The notes below the pieces were generated by a model. The model saw only the letters and a list, made by a program, of their open reading frames with translations. It was not told the origin of the DNA and ran no database searches. The position numbers and the translations under genes were made by a program. This document shows, piece after piece, positions 31,491 through 45,423 of a stretch of 64,000 nt of DNA. The stretch is from NCBI RefSeq assembly GCF_009914755.1, contig NC_060927.1; one strand, 5' to 3'. The first letter of the stretch is position 1; each line of letters opens with the position of its first letter. This DNA is from the human T2T-CHM13v2.0 reference genome, Homo sapiens.

Positions 31491-34400
31491 AAATCCTCCA
31501 GGTGTTTTGAGGCAGAAGATAATTAAGAACAACTGGGTTGAAAAGAAATTATTTGCTGTGTATTGCAAAAGAACAAAATCAAACCTCTTTGTAGCACCTC
31601 TTGATGCTGATGGCATGGCGGTACACTGAAGTATTGTGGGGGAAATGGCTGAGACCCCAAGGCTAGAGATAAACACATGACCCAGATTGTAGCTCCATCC
31701 CCCCCACTTGCAGATCTCGGACAGGCCAGAGAGTCCCCGCTGTGAGATAAAGTTTGGGGTTGTCAGCTGCTCATTTAGCTAGAGCACCGATGAAAGGAGA
31801 ATAGGGCATGGATTCCATCTCCACATGGGTCAGGAAGCTTGTCCTGTCCTGTGGCTGTGGGCAGTGGCTTATCAGGGGTCGATCCTCAGGCCACTGAGCA
31901 GAAGAATGCAAGGGCAGCCACCCCTCACCAATGAGGCTACTCAGTGCCCACGCTCGACCCACCCCAGCTATGGCAGAAACTTTCCACCCAGAAGGAAAGG
32001 CCCCATTATTAGAATTCAGAAGGGACTTTGTGGCAACCAAACTTACAGCGTATATGCCAACGTCATGCCACACCCCAAAGGTCAGTGATGGTGCCAGTCA
32101 TGATCTAGAAAGAAACTGGGCCTGCGGTTCCAGGGAAGAAAACCCACAGTCTGGGAAAAGTAGAATTTGAGAATTAACTTTGATTTCCTATTAATTCTTA
32201 TCCCACATGGGATTACACTGTCTGGTAATTATAAGTGTGGGGTGGGGAAATCGATTCCTGTACTTCCTCCATAGAAGGGAACTTGTTTGTCAGAACTTCC
32301 AGGGCCTAGCACAGCCCTGGAACACACTAGGTCCTCAGTTAATGATAAATCTTTTACAGTCAGTGCCTCCCAGAGGGGAGAAAATACCATCAAAAGTCAG
32401 GACTTTGGGAGCCTGGGAACCTAGTGTTCATCTTAGAGAAGCTCAATGCCGTCTAGCACGGAATTCTGCAGCCGTGGAGCAAAGATTCCTTCCCCTAATT
32501 CTGTTGGCTTGCCTGGCTCTGCTCCTGAATATTTAATTGGAGTAATTAAGCCTATCACCAACAGGCTGTCAGTCCCAGCATTCAAAAACTCTCCTGTTGT
32601 TCTTCCAAAGAGTTAATGATCTTCAGGCCTTGAAAAGATCCTGCATTTTTGGCTGGTTATCAAAATCAACTAGAGAAGAGCTGATTTCAGGATGCTGACA
32701 GCCTTGCTCTCTTGCTCTGTGGTGGGGGCTGTGCTGGGCTAGGGGAAGAGGACTTGCATTCATACCCACAGACATTCCCACACACACACACATACGTGCA
32801 CATCAACACCAACACCAAAACTTAGGTGTTCACTGATTTCATGAGGCGATTCATTTTCTGCTGGGTGGGGTGGGGTAGTGGTGTGGTGCAGCGTTAATGA
32901 TTCCTGAGACATGTCCTGTCTTGTATGTTTATACCTCTGCAGTTAGCCTTTCTTCTTTTTTGCCCCCGATCCTACTCAAAGTACCCTTAAGTATGGAATG
33001 CATGATGAACAGGCCAGATGATTCTATCAGTTCTCTTGGAGTTTCCTATATTCTATTCTACCCCTCAAGATCACTTTCACTTCCCAGACTAGTCATTACG
33101 ATGCCCTAAATGCTGGTTAAGGGTCATGACAAAAAAAAAAAAAATCCAGCTGAAAACTACTTGGCCATTTTGCATAAAACTGGGGTCAACCCACTGGTCT
33201 GTTGTATCACTTGACAGGAGCCCCTTAGGAAATCTCTTTTAGAGCTCAAAAGCCAGGTGAATTTTATCTCTCCTAAGAAATCCACTTACTTTTCCCTGTT
33301 TTATTTTTGTCTTGGCTGCCAAGAGCCTCAGAGTTAAATTTAATAACAGTTTTAGGTTTTGTATATTTACTTCCCTCCTTCTTCCTGTGGTCCTGAAAAT
33401 AAGATAACTATTTTAATAATCTTACTGAATGTATTTTCTTTGTTGTAAGGCATGCAATTTTTTTTTCTTTTTTAGAAAACACAAGCTATCAATGATCTTA
33501 GTGTAAAATAAGTGCAGGATCCTGCACTCAGAGGGAAAGCCAATTGCATACAGAATGATGATTCCCTATAAACAAAAATTCCTGAATAAGATTAAGAGGG
33601 TCATAGTGGGCCACAAGCTGACAGTGCAACAGTAACCCTGTGCAGGGAAGCGGGTGGTCCCTAAGAGACCAGGCTTCTGAGTGTATGCTATCTTATTTCA
33701 GCCCTCCATGAAGCTTCGTGGTTTAGCTTTACAATGGCCCCTAGAGAAGATCTTACTAAGAGCTGTAGAAAAAGGTTGCGTTGTGCTTAACTGCAATCCT
33801 TTCACATGTGAGAGCAAGCTAACATACATCCGTTAGACACCTACTGTTTTCAGAATCCTGCCAGAGGAGCAGTAGGTCTTTTTCCTCAGTGGTTTTCTCC
33901 CACCCACAGTCACCAGTGTAGATAGAAGCCCTTGGAACCACGTTCCGCAGCAGCACAACAGGTGGGGCTTGGGAAGACAGTGCATCTCCTGCTAGCCAGG
34001 CTGCCCAGACCCTGGGGTGAGTGTCCAAGTAGGTCTTGGACTACCCTCTTCCCCCAGCTTTTAGAAAATTCTCACCCAATTGGACTGCTGTGAGGGGGAC
34101 CTGATCTGAACCCTCAAACTCCTGCTCTGCAAAGCCTAGATCAGACAGAGGCCCAGCCTCAAAAGCACCTCACTGTTCAGGCCACACAGGCAAGCTCCCG
34201 GAAGCTGGGCATGGAGCACTGCCACACGGTATGGTCCTAATTCTCCTGTCTCATCCTCCGCAGCCTTTGCTCCTGGAGCGGCTGTGTTGGGTGTTCTGGC
34301 ACCAGTGGCCACACGAGCCATGCTGGCCCCTTTCCCTGACATTTTTTAAATATAAATTTTTAAATGTGTCTTTGAGATGAAAGCAGGAATGCCAAAAGTA

Positions 34401-34940
34401 GGCCGACGCTTTCTTGTGTTCAATTACAGCCCTGGGGAGTACCCCACACAAGGAACTGCTCAGAGCTCCAGCCAAGATGAAATCTGCTTTTCCAATAAGC
34501 ACTTCAAATGGCAGGGGATGTTGTTGGCTGGCTTCAGCAACTGGGAGGCCAACAGTTAATAGGGCTGGGCACAGAGGCAGGGCTGCCCGCCATCAGGGGA
34601 AATCTGAAGCTGCCTTTCACAGCAGCTTTCACCGCAACTGAAGTTACAAGACACTTTTCTGGCTCCCCCAAGCCAGTGGCATGAACCCACCTTTGGACTT
34701 CATTGAAAAGAACTTCCAAGATTTAATCTTCCAAGATTAAAGATTTTGATATCCAATGTATGGAGAATTAATTACTCTCTATACAGTTTTTCTTCATTAT
34801 TTTCTCAGGCCAAATTCCTTTACAGTAAGTGTTAGGCATGTCCAAATTATTTTATTGGACTGGAATTTTGTTGGTTTGAATATAGGCCATGCCAGAAATG
34901 CTGATAAAATGAAATGAGGATACTGATGGTGGTGGTGAGG

Positions 34941-35160
34941 ATGGATGGATGGATGCGTGGATCGATGGATAGATGGATGGATGGATGCATGCATGGATGG
35001 ATGGATGGATGGATGCATGGATGGATGGATGCATGGATGGATGGATGGATGCATGCATGGAAGAATGGATGGATAGATGGATGGATGGATGGATGGATAG
35101 ATGGATGCATGGATGGATGCATGGATGGATGGATGGATGCATGGATAGATGGATGGATAC
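34941..35160. repeat. (TGGA)n/(GATG)n microsatellite
   Basis: GGAT tetramers interrupted by GCAT/AGAT. Confidence 0.95.
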
Positions 35161-35867
35161 ATAGATTGGCTGGTAGTAGAAGTAGTGGCAGTGTTATAAG
35201 CTAAGTAGGGAAAGGTCTAACAGCTCCATTTCCCAAACCTGGAAGCTGAAATTCCACAAAGCAAATGACTGGCCCAAGCTTACCACAGGTGAGCCTGACG
35301 TAGAACCCAAGCCTTCTAAGTTATGCACTCCTCAAGACACCAACTTGTACTTCAGTAATCTGTGTCACGCTGTGACTGCATATCCATGTCCTGCCCTGGC
35401 ACAGAGCTTTCCAGACTCAGTCACAGTCATAGGTGCATTTTGCCTGGTTTAGTTACTAAGTATTGGCCAATTATCAAGTCATGAAGGGAATCGTCACCAG
35501 GACTCGGGATTCCAGCTTCATTCTTGAATCCCTAAAGCCATTCCTGGATTTGAACACATATTTCCTGACCCGTTAGGTAGAAGAAGAAGCACCAGGGTAA
35601 ACAGCAGCGATTTCCAAATTGCGGTGTGGATAAAGGATTTGTTAAAATACGTATTCCTGGGCCTCATTTCCCTGCCAGGTTCTGAATGAGGAGGTCTGAA
35701 GCAGGTGCAGGAAATACAGGTTCAATAGCAAAACACTTAACCTCTTTGAAGTCTCAGTCCAAATGTCACCTGTGTAAGGTTTATCCTGACCACTCTATCT
35801 AAAATTGCAACACACATACAACCTCGTCACTCCCCAGCACCTCACCCTGCTCTCCTTTTCCCCCTAG

Positions 35868-36198
<331 letters not shown>

Positions 36199-37231
36199 TG
36201 ACTTATTGCTTATACTTGTTTGTTCTTGGCCTCCTTTGGCCAGGACCTGTCTTCCTCATTGCTGAATCCCATGAGCCTGGAGCCATGCCTAGGTCAGTAA
36301 CTCCCTGTTGAAAACAACAGAGACTGAAGGAAGAAGTAACTATAATTAATGCAGGTGGTTCGAGATGCACACTTGGAGAAACACTGCTCCAAGAGCATGA
36401 AGTTGGCACCAGCCTGACGGGGGTTGGGTCCCAGCTCTACCCACCTGCTGTGTGACTTCAGACAATTTCAGCCTCCTGCGCATCAGTTCTCTCTCATCTG
36501 TGAAATGGAGACAATCCTTCTATCTTAGGGCTGCAACACAAGGATCCAGTAATATAACCAGGCACAGAGCAGGACGCTGCAGCGATACTCCCTCCCTTAT
36601 CTTCTGGGTGGAATTTTGCAAGCAACGGTGTCTGAGCAGAAAATGAATCTGAAGCCTCCCAGGGGGGAGGGAGCACATTCTGTTTCTCATCAGGCGGAGA
36701 GGCGGGGAGGAAGAGTGAATGGAGGTCACCCATCGAGGGGAGTGTATAAGTCATCCCTGCCGGCTACCTCTGCAGCTCACAGGACACACGTTCACCTCCC
36801 TCCCTCCCTCCTTCCCTTCCCACCAGCAGAAATGAACAAGCAGTTTCTCTGAGTAAACAGATGATAAATCACTGGCTAGAATCAGTACTCCCGCCAAAGC
36901 AGCATCATTGGAGATCTCAGGCAGAGCAAGCGCACGTGCTTGGGGACTGCAATTTGGGTTTAGAGGCAGCCCTGCCAGGCCTGCACACTGCCGGGTGAGC
37001 ATTCCTCCCCAAACAGCCCAGCCCGCTTCCCCGGGGCTCTTGGAGTAAGTCCCGCAGACTCTTGCCAGCCCCACCTGGAAGGACTTAAGCTCCAGCGTGG
37101 GGGATGCGGGTGAGATGGGAACGAGGATTTCCTGACAGCGATCCTGGAATGGGTGACTGAGCTTATAGACTTTTTCTCTGAGTTTTATGAAGCAGATAGG
37201 ATTTGGAGGTAAAGAGACAAAATAAAAAATG

Positions 37232-37234
<3 letters not shown>

Positions 37235-37274
<40 letters not shown>
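37235..37274. repeat. (CA)n microsatellite
   Basis: about 20 perfect CA units. Confidence 0.95.
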
Positions 37275-37277
<3 letters not shown>

Positions 37278-38470
37278 GACAAACACATTATACACCCCAA
37301 AGAGAGGAAAAGAGAACAGCCCCTGCAGAGGGGGATCAGGGCATCTGTCCACATGGATGTCAGGACAGTGGCGGGGACACACAATCCAGAGTCCAGAGCC
37401 CACGTCCAAGCTCCAGCTCCACCACTCACTGTCCAGTGACCTTGGACCAGTCTCTCTCCCAGCCTCCTCTCGGGGTTTCTTCCTCTTGAAGCACGAGCAT
37501 GCATCCCTGATGCTCCCTGAGCTGATGTTTCATGGGTCTCTGATTTCCAGTTGGGCCCTGGCCAGGCGCATTGCGGAGGCAGTAGGGAAACTTGCCCAAA
37601 TGTGTGGCCACCCCAATCTTCTTGGCCAGCCCCCAGCCCCAGCTGAGATCCAATTCAAAGCTTGGACCTTTACTTTCAGAGTCTACGATGGAAGGAGCAG
37701 GATTCGTACTGACGTCCCACACCTTTTTCCTGGCTTTCTGTCCCCGGTGGAGGCTCTGTGCCTGGCAGGCTAAACGCCCTCTGAGCTCTTAGAGGCAGTT
37801 TCCACCCTCAGCCCCTGCCCCAGCTGTGACAGCCTCAGGGTCAGGCTGAGCCCTGGAACCGTATCTGCTCATCTGGATTCAAGGAGAGACTACTGTTCTT
37901 CAAAGTAACCCCACTCCCGGTGGAACCCAGCCGCCACTCCCACAGGGCTGTCCAAAGTATCCCACTAGAGACCCCAGCAGGAGCTTCTGAGGAATTAGCG
38001 TGGAAAGGGATCTGCCAGGGTCTGGTTGTGTGACCTTGAGCAAGTCCCTTACCCTCTCTGGGTCTCAATTTCCCCACCTGGCTGGGCTGGCTCTGTGCCA
38101 TCTGCCCAATGCCCTGTCTGGCCGCTGGCAGCCTCTCCCTCCCTGGGGCTGTAGGGAATGCTCCCCTCACTGGCCAGCCAGGGGTGGGGTTCAAATGGGG
38201 GAAGCCAGGAGCAACCCTTGCAGTCAGGGCTCCAGGCAGGAATCAGAAGAGAAGCCTCCGCCTCTTCTCCCCAGCAACATCTCTTCCCATCTTAGAATTA
38301 TGGGCTGGCAAAGCCAGGGAGGCTATCAGGCATCATCCAAACCATTATGTACATGGCCTTCCTCCAAATGAAATCTCACACAAATATCAGATTGGAGGTT
38401 TGGGAATGGGGATAAGGGGATGGGCAGAGATGAAATATGGCGTGGAACATTTATGATAAAGACAGCTCTG

Positions 38471-38767
38471 GGCCAGGCACGGGGTGGTTCACACCTGTAA
38501 TCCCAGCATTTTGGGAAGCCAAAGCAGGAGGATTGCTTGAGACCAGCCTGGGCTACACAGTGGGACTCCGTCTCTACAAAAAATAAAAAAAAATTAGCTG
38601 GGCGTGGTGGCGCATGCCTGTAATTCCAGCCTCTCAGGAGGCTGAGGTGGGACAATCGCTTGAGCCTGGGAGGTCAAGGATGCAGTGAGCTGCGGTCACG
38701 CCACTGCACTTCCAGCCTGGGTGACAGAGCAAGACCCTGTCTCAAAAAAAAAAAAAAAAAAAAAAAA
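38471..38767 (+). mobile_element. AluJ
   Basis: full Alu with small left-arm deletion; TSD AAAGACAG(C/T)TCTG. Confidence 0.9.
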
Positions 38768-39369
38768 GACAGTTCTGGCGTCCTGGTTGGGGAAACTCCT
38801 CCAGCCATGGAAGACCCTTCCAGCCAGCTGGGGCAGCTAGACAAGACAGCGTTGCTCTACTCGGCTGAGTTCTCCTCTCCAGAATCAACTCCCATCGCTG
38901 CTTAAAGGGAGTAATGTGGCTGTGGGGGACAGAACACTAGAGTTTCATCAGCAACCTCGTCACCCCCAACATACAAAACGCTCCTTACAAACGCAGTCCT
39001 ATCTGTGCTGCTAAAGAAGGCAATCCCCCCTTCACCATCCCATCTCTTCCACTTCTGTGCATGAGAACGCATAGGCAGGAAGTATCTGATCCACACGGCT
39101 CAGATGAGAGAAAAAGGAGGAGCAGGAACAGGAAAGGAACTGAGCAGAGGAGAGACCCAGAAAGGGAAAGGTGAGAGGTGGTTCTTGCGGCTGACTTGGC
39201 AAAGCCCCAGGCCTGTGGGATTTTCCGGGACCCTCCGTGTTCTGAAAAGGCAGGGGAGGGGCAGAGAACAGCCAGGGAAGATGGAAAAGGAAACTGGTGT
39301 CCTGCCGGGTGGAAATGGGGGAGAAACTCTCGCGTGAGTGTCATCAGAGCAGCATGAGCAAGGGCTCGG

Positions 39370-39770
39370 TCCCAGAGGTGAGCCCGGCGTTCTGCCTGGA
39401 GGGGGCGGGCAGCAGGGCTGGCCAGGGTGAAGCAACCTGTGCCGAGCGGCTGCAAAGGCCGCGTCTCCCCAGCACGGAGCACATCACTGACGTCAAGCGC
39501 GGCGAGGCCGCGGCCAGCATTAATTAGGTGCCGATGCACGGGGGCGGGCCGGCCTGGGCCAGAAGCCGCTCCCGGAGGCTCCGACCCCCGGGGCTTCGCG
39601 CCGCCTCCCAGCCCGGAGCTCCTCCAGCCGCTGGCGAGAGGAGGCTGAACCGCAGCCGGCCTCCCAGCGGTGCCACAGCGCGCCCTAGTGGCCGTCGTCC
39701 GGAAAGCGCCGTCAGAAGAATCGCAGGCTCGCAGCCTGGGAGCCCCGCAGCCCTCATCTTCTGTCCGCCC
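39370..39770. promoter_or_regulatory. CpG island with CRE, GC boxes and a CTCF motif
   Basis: TGACGTCA 39488-39495; GGGGCGGG at ~39401 and 39541; GGCCACTAGGGCGCGCTG on the minus strand 39676-39693. Confidence 0.7.
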
Positions 39771-40245
39771 TAAGGCTCATTGACTTCACATTAGAATCAC
39801 TTGGGGAGACTGTAAAAATCCCGATGCCCGGGAGGCACCTATTCCGATTACATTAGAACCCCGACAAGCGGGCCCCAGGCCCCAGTATTTTTAAAAACTC
39901 TCTCGGTGCTTCCTATGCACCGCCCAGTTTAGAAGCTGTTGTCTTAAAGCAGTGGTTCTCAGAATTGAGCTCATGGGAGTCGCCTGGAGGGCTTGTTACA
40001 TCACATATTGCTGGGCGCTACCCCAGAGTTTCTGACCCAATACTTCTGTAGCTTGGCCCTACTCGCTCTTACAAGGTTCCCAGGTGATGCCGATGCTGCC
40101 GCTCCGGGATCACACCTGGAGACCTAGTGCCAAACCCTCCTAATCAAGGCACCGACTCAGCCGGCACCGCGGGATCACCAGGGAGCTTGTTAGAAATGCA
40201 GGTTTAGAGACCCCGCCTCAGAACCATTGAGAGAGAATCTACATA
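39770..40245. mobile_element. cluster of MER5-family fragments
   Basis: repeated ATTAGAATCACTTGGGGAG / CAGTGGTTCTCAGA / GGAGCTTGTTAGAAATGCAG motifs. Confidence 0.7.
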
Positions 40246-40565
40246 TTTTATTTTGCTTTTTATTGACCCATAATTGTACGTATTTCTGGGGTACAATGTG
40301 ATGTTTTGATACATGTATGCATTGTGTAAAAATCAAATCAAGGTATTTAGCCTATCCATCATCTCATCTTTGCTAAAGAAATTGTAAATCTTTTCTACCT
40401 ACTTTGCAATGTACAATACGGTACTGTTAACCACAGTCACCTTGCTGTGCCATAGAACACAAGAACTTCCTCCTCGCTGCAACTTTGTACTTGTTGACCA
40501 ATCTTTCCCCATCCAACCCTGCTCCCAGCCTCTGGTAACCACTCTTCCACTCTCTCCTGCTAGAA
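40246..40565 (-). mobile_element. L1MA-type 3' end
   Basis: ATAATTGTACGTATTTCTGGGGTACAATGTGATGTTTTGATACATG..CCAGCCTCTGGTAACCAC. Confidence 0.85.
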
Positions 40566-41408
40566 TCTTCATTTTCTCTAGACGCAGGTGATTCACCCAA
40601 CATTAAGGTTTGAAAGTATTGCTCTAAACACCATTTGTGCAGGCCTTACACAATCAGGCTATGTTGACAGCTTGGAAGACCACTTCACATCCCCCACCCG
40701 GCCCCAAACCTGATCTCTGGATCAGAGAGCTGGATAGAATGTCCCAGATTATCTGATCCAATTCTTTTGCAGGACAGATGAGGGAAACTGAGGCCCAGAG
40801 AAGGGGATGAACTTGCCCAAGCTCCCTGGGTTCTAGGGTGGCCTGTCATCCTGGGTACCTCAAAGCTCATATGGTCATAAACAACCCCCTTCCTCCCCAG
40901 GAGGCAGCATGTGAGTTCTGCTCTTGATCCACCTATCAGGCGGCACGCACTCCAGGGGGGCTGTGGCGGCCCGGGCTCCATCCCGGCTGCTTGGGAGGGC
41001 ACTGAAGCAGTGAGCAGAGACACAGGACATCGCATCAGAGAACATGGTACAAGGAAACCTGTGCAAGATGTTTAGGTTTGAAAGCTAGGTGTCAGCCACT
41101 GGGCCTCCATGCTGAGATTCATACTCCCATCTTGTTCATGATTATTCTGAATTCTCAGGGAAAATAGACAGGTCAGAAGCCTATCTTAGGGACACCGAAG
41201 CAAATCTGTACACACTAAGCATTCTGTCCCAACAGTGGGCTGGATGGCCACCTTCAGCCGCAGCTTATGGTGGGTTTCTGTCTTTTCGTCCTGTTACTTG
41301 GCTGGAGTTGAATGGCCAATGAAGTTGGGCATGAGTATGTGGACCCCAAGTTGTGCTGCCCTCGTAGACAAGTTAAATGAGCTAATGGTAAGCGCTGTCT
41401 ATGGCCAT

Positions 41409-43829
41409 TGTGTTAGTATATTTGTGCATTGCTATAAGGAAATGCCTGAGGCTGGTAATTTATAAGGAAACAAGGTTTAATTGGCTCACAATTCTGCAGA
41501 CTGTTCAAGAAGCATGGCGTCAGCATCTGGTCCTGGTAAGAACCTTGGGAAGCTTCCACTCATGGTGAAAGGTGGAAGGCAAAAGGGGAGCAGGCACATC
41601 ACATGGCAAGAGTAGGAGCAAGGGGTTGGGGGAGGTCCCAGACTCTTTTAAACAACCAGATCTCACATGAACTAACTGACCAAGAACTCACTTATCACCA
41701 AGGGGTGTGCTTAACCATTCACGAGGGGCCTTCCCCCATGATCCACTCACCTCCTACCAGGCCCCACCCCCAAAATGGGAATCACCTTTCAACATGATAA
41801 TCGAAGGGGACAAATATCCAAACCACGTTATTCCCCGCCCAGGACCCAAATATCATGTCTTTTTCACATTTCAAAATACAATCATGCCTTTGCAATAGTC
41901 CCCCTAAGTCTTAACTTGTTCCAGAATTAATCCAAAAGTCCAAGTCTCATCTGAGACCCAAGGCATGTTCCTTCCACCTATATGCCTGTAAAATCAAAAC
42001 AAGTTATTTACTTCCAAGATACAATGGTGGCACAGGCATTGGGTAGATATTCCCATTCTAAAAGGGAGAAATTGACCCAAAGGAAGGGGCTACCAGACCC
42101 ACCCAAGTCTGAAACCCATTGGGGCAGTCATTAAACCTTAAAGCTCCAAAATGATCCTTGATCCCATGTCCTGCATCCTGGGTGCACTGGTTCAAGGGAT
42201 GGGCCCCCAAGGCCTTGAGCAGCACTGCCCCTGTGGCTTTTCTGGGTCTAGCCCTGTGGCTGCTCTCATGGGTTGGAGTTGAGTGCCTGTGGCTTTTCCA
42301 TGCTCAGTATGCAAGCTGTCAGTGGCTCTATCATTCTGGGGTCTGGAGGACATCAGCCACCTTCCCACAGCTCCACTAGGCAGTGTCCTGGTGGGGGGTC
42401 TGTGTGGGGGATCCAACCCCCATTTCCCCTCCACACTGCCCTAGTAGAGTTTCTCTGGTGGGGGCTCCACCCCTGCAGCAGGCTTCTGCCTGGGCAGCCA
42501 CCTTAGGCTTGCTGATTCATCCTCTGAAATTTAGGTGGAAGTTGCCAAGCCTCCTTCACACTTACATTCTGTGTGCCTGCAGGCTTAACACCAAGTGGAA
42601 ACTGCCAAGGCTTATGGCAGCTTGCGTTCTCCAAAGCAGCAACTGGAGCTGTACCTGGGCCTGGGGTCTTTTGAGCCAGCAGAGATGTGGCAAGCAGTGT
42701 CCTGAGGCTGAACTGGACAACAGTGCCCCATACCTGGCCCCTGAACCCATTCTTTCCTCCTAGGCCCCTGAGCATGAGATGGGAAGAGCTATCTCCAAGA
42801 CCTCTGAAATGCCTTTGAGAACTTTTCCCCATTGTATTGGATATTAGCATTTGGCTCCCTTTTAGTCATGCTAATGTCTCTAGCAAATGATTGCTACACT
42901 GGCTGCTTGGATTCCGCTCCTGAAAATGCTTCTTCTTTCCCTGCTGCATGGCTAGGCTACGAACTTTTATGCCCTGCTTCCTTTCATGTATAAGTTCCAA
43001 CTTTAAGTCATTTCTTTACACCCATATCTGATCGTAGGCTGTTAGAAGCAGCCACGTCACTTCTTGATACTTAGAAATTTCTTCTGCCAGCTGCCACCAA
43101 ATAAGTTCAACCTTCCACAAACCCCTAGGACATGAACACAATCCATCCAGGCTCTTTGCTAGGGAATAACACAGGTGATCTTTGCTTCAGCTCCCAATAA
43201 CTTTCTCATTTCCATCTGAGACTTTGTCAGCTTGGACTTCACTGTCCATATCTCTATCAGCATTTTTGTCACAACCATAGATGTTCCAGACGTTCCCTCA
43301 TCTTCCTGTCTTCTTCTGAGCTCTCCAGTCTCTTCCACCCTCTGCCCGTTACTCAGTTCCACATCTTTAGGTATTTTTATGGCAATACTCTATTCACTAT
43401 ACCAATTTTCTGTGTTAGTCCGTTTGTGCATTGCTATTAAAAATGCCTGAGACTGGGAAATTTATAAAGAAAAGAGGTTTAATTGGGTCACAATTCTGCA
43501 GGCTGTAAAAGAAGCATGGTGCCAGCATCTGGTTCTGCTAAAGACCTCAGGAAGCTTCCACTCATGGTGGAAGAAGAAAGGGGAGCAGGCACATCACATG
43601 GTGAGAGTGGGAGCAAGAGAGAGAGAAAGGGGAGGTCCCAGATGCTTAAACAACGAGATCTCACATGAACTAACTGAGCAAGAACTCATATCACCAAGAG
43701 GATGGTGCTAACCTACTCTTAAGGGATCTTCCCCCATGATCCACTCACCTCCCAGCAGGCCCCACTTCCAACACTGGGAATCACATTGCAACATGAGATT
43801 TGGAGAGGACAAAAATCCAAGCCATATCA
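41409..43829 (-). mobile_element. full-length MSTB MaLR (LTR-int-LTR)
   Basis: LTRs 41409-41830 and 43411-43829, MST/THE1-type internal region 41831-43410, 5-bp TSD GCCAT (41404-41408, 43830-43834). Confidence 0.9.
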
Positions 43830-45130
43830 GCCATTATTCATGCGGGCAGTCTGGGACACACAGAGACCCATAATAGCCTGTTGTGGGCACAGCATTTAGA
43901 GTCCAGATGGAGAAACTAGACAAACACATGAATAAGGGACAGAGAAATAGATATCACAAGACTGACGAGGTTTCAATGCCACGGAGGCAGTGATGACACT
44001 TGGAGCAGGCAGACACTGGAGAAATGCATGGCCATGGGTCAGGAAAACCAGAGCAGGCTTCCTGGAGGTGGTGTGGCTATCCCAGCCTAGATATGATGGA
44101 GCTTGGACATGAACCCTGGCCTGCCCGAATTTGGACCTCATACTCCTAACCACTCCTTTACCCTGTCCTCAAAGAGGGCAGGAGTGAGACCCGCCCCATG
44201 GCCCATCTGAGATCTGTAAACAGGATGTCTGGCTGGAAAAGAGGGTTCCCACGGAGACAGCCAAGGTTGAAAAGGTTGAAAAGGGCCAGGAGGGAGGGTG
44301 TTGAAGTTAAGGTTGATGAGCTCAGGCTTTATCCAGGATCCCGCAGAAAAGCCATCTGTGTTGTGATGCAGGAGTCAGACACTGATGGAAGTTTCAGGAA
44401 GACAGAATCTTTGTAGAGGCCAGCACATGGCTGGTGTGCAAAACCAGCCCTGGGGCCTGTGATGCAAGCAAGCATCATGAATGCTCTTTATATGGTTATA
44501 GCATTTTGCAGGGCTGGATTTTAACATTCTGAATTCATTTCCATTCATTCCCAAAAAGCTCTGGGAAATGACTAACTTTTAATTATTAAGTAAAAACGGG
44601 GTGCGTATTTGTTTTCCTGCTGTGGGTCTTGGTCTTTTACATTCTCTGCTACACCACTCTGTTATCAACTTTACAGAAAACAAAGAAACTGGAATTAAAC
44701 ATTAACCAGGATCATTGAGAATGTCACAGAAATGCACAGCCCTGGGGTTAGGACAGGGGAGGCCCCTCATTCTCTGGTTGGCTGTTCAAACAGAAAAGGA
44801 GCCTGGGAGCACGCCCCGTCTCCAAGGGACTGGGGTCGGGGGTGAGGTGATTTCAAGGTGCACTTTCCACTCCAGTCAACATTTCCTGAGTTCCTGTGTG
44901 AGGGCTGGCCTCGGTGCTAGGAATCTGGGTACACGAGGGCTGAGACAGGGTCCCAGTCCTGGAGACATTCACATCGCCTGTGAGAAGGGCCCTCACAGAG
45001 GCAGGGACAGACGGCCAAGGAAAGCAGAATGGGTAGTGATGTGTTTCATCCTAGAGGATGCAGCAATTGCTGTAGGTCTTAAAGAATCAAAAGAATCAAT
45101 AGACTTTTTACTAGTAAAAAAGAGAGGGCC

Positions 45131-45423
45131 AACTGGGCATGGTGGCTCACACCTGTAATCCCAGCACCTTGGGAGGCTGAGGTGGGCGGATCAATTGAGG
45201 TCAGGAGTTTGAAACCAGCTGGGCCAACATGGTGAAACCCCATCTCTACTAAAAATACAAAAATTAGTTGAGCATAGTGGTGGGCACCTGTAATCCCAGT
45301 TACTCAGAGGCTGAGGCAAGAGAATTGCTTGAACCTGGGATGCAGAGGTTGCAGGGAGCTGAGATCAAGCCACTGCACTCCAACCTGGGCAACAGAGGGA
45401 GACTTCATCTCAGAAAAAAAAAA
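45131..45423 (+). mobile_element. AluSx
   Basis: full dimer with A tail. Confidence 0.95.

Noticed and set aside
34797-35204. HPSI/MDGW repeat ORFs
   Set aside because: (TGGA)n microsatellite.
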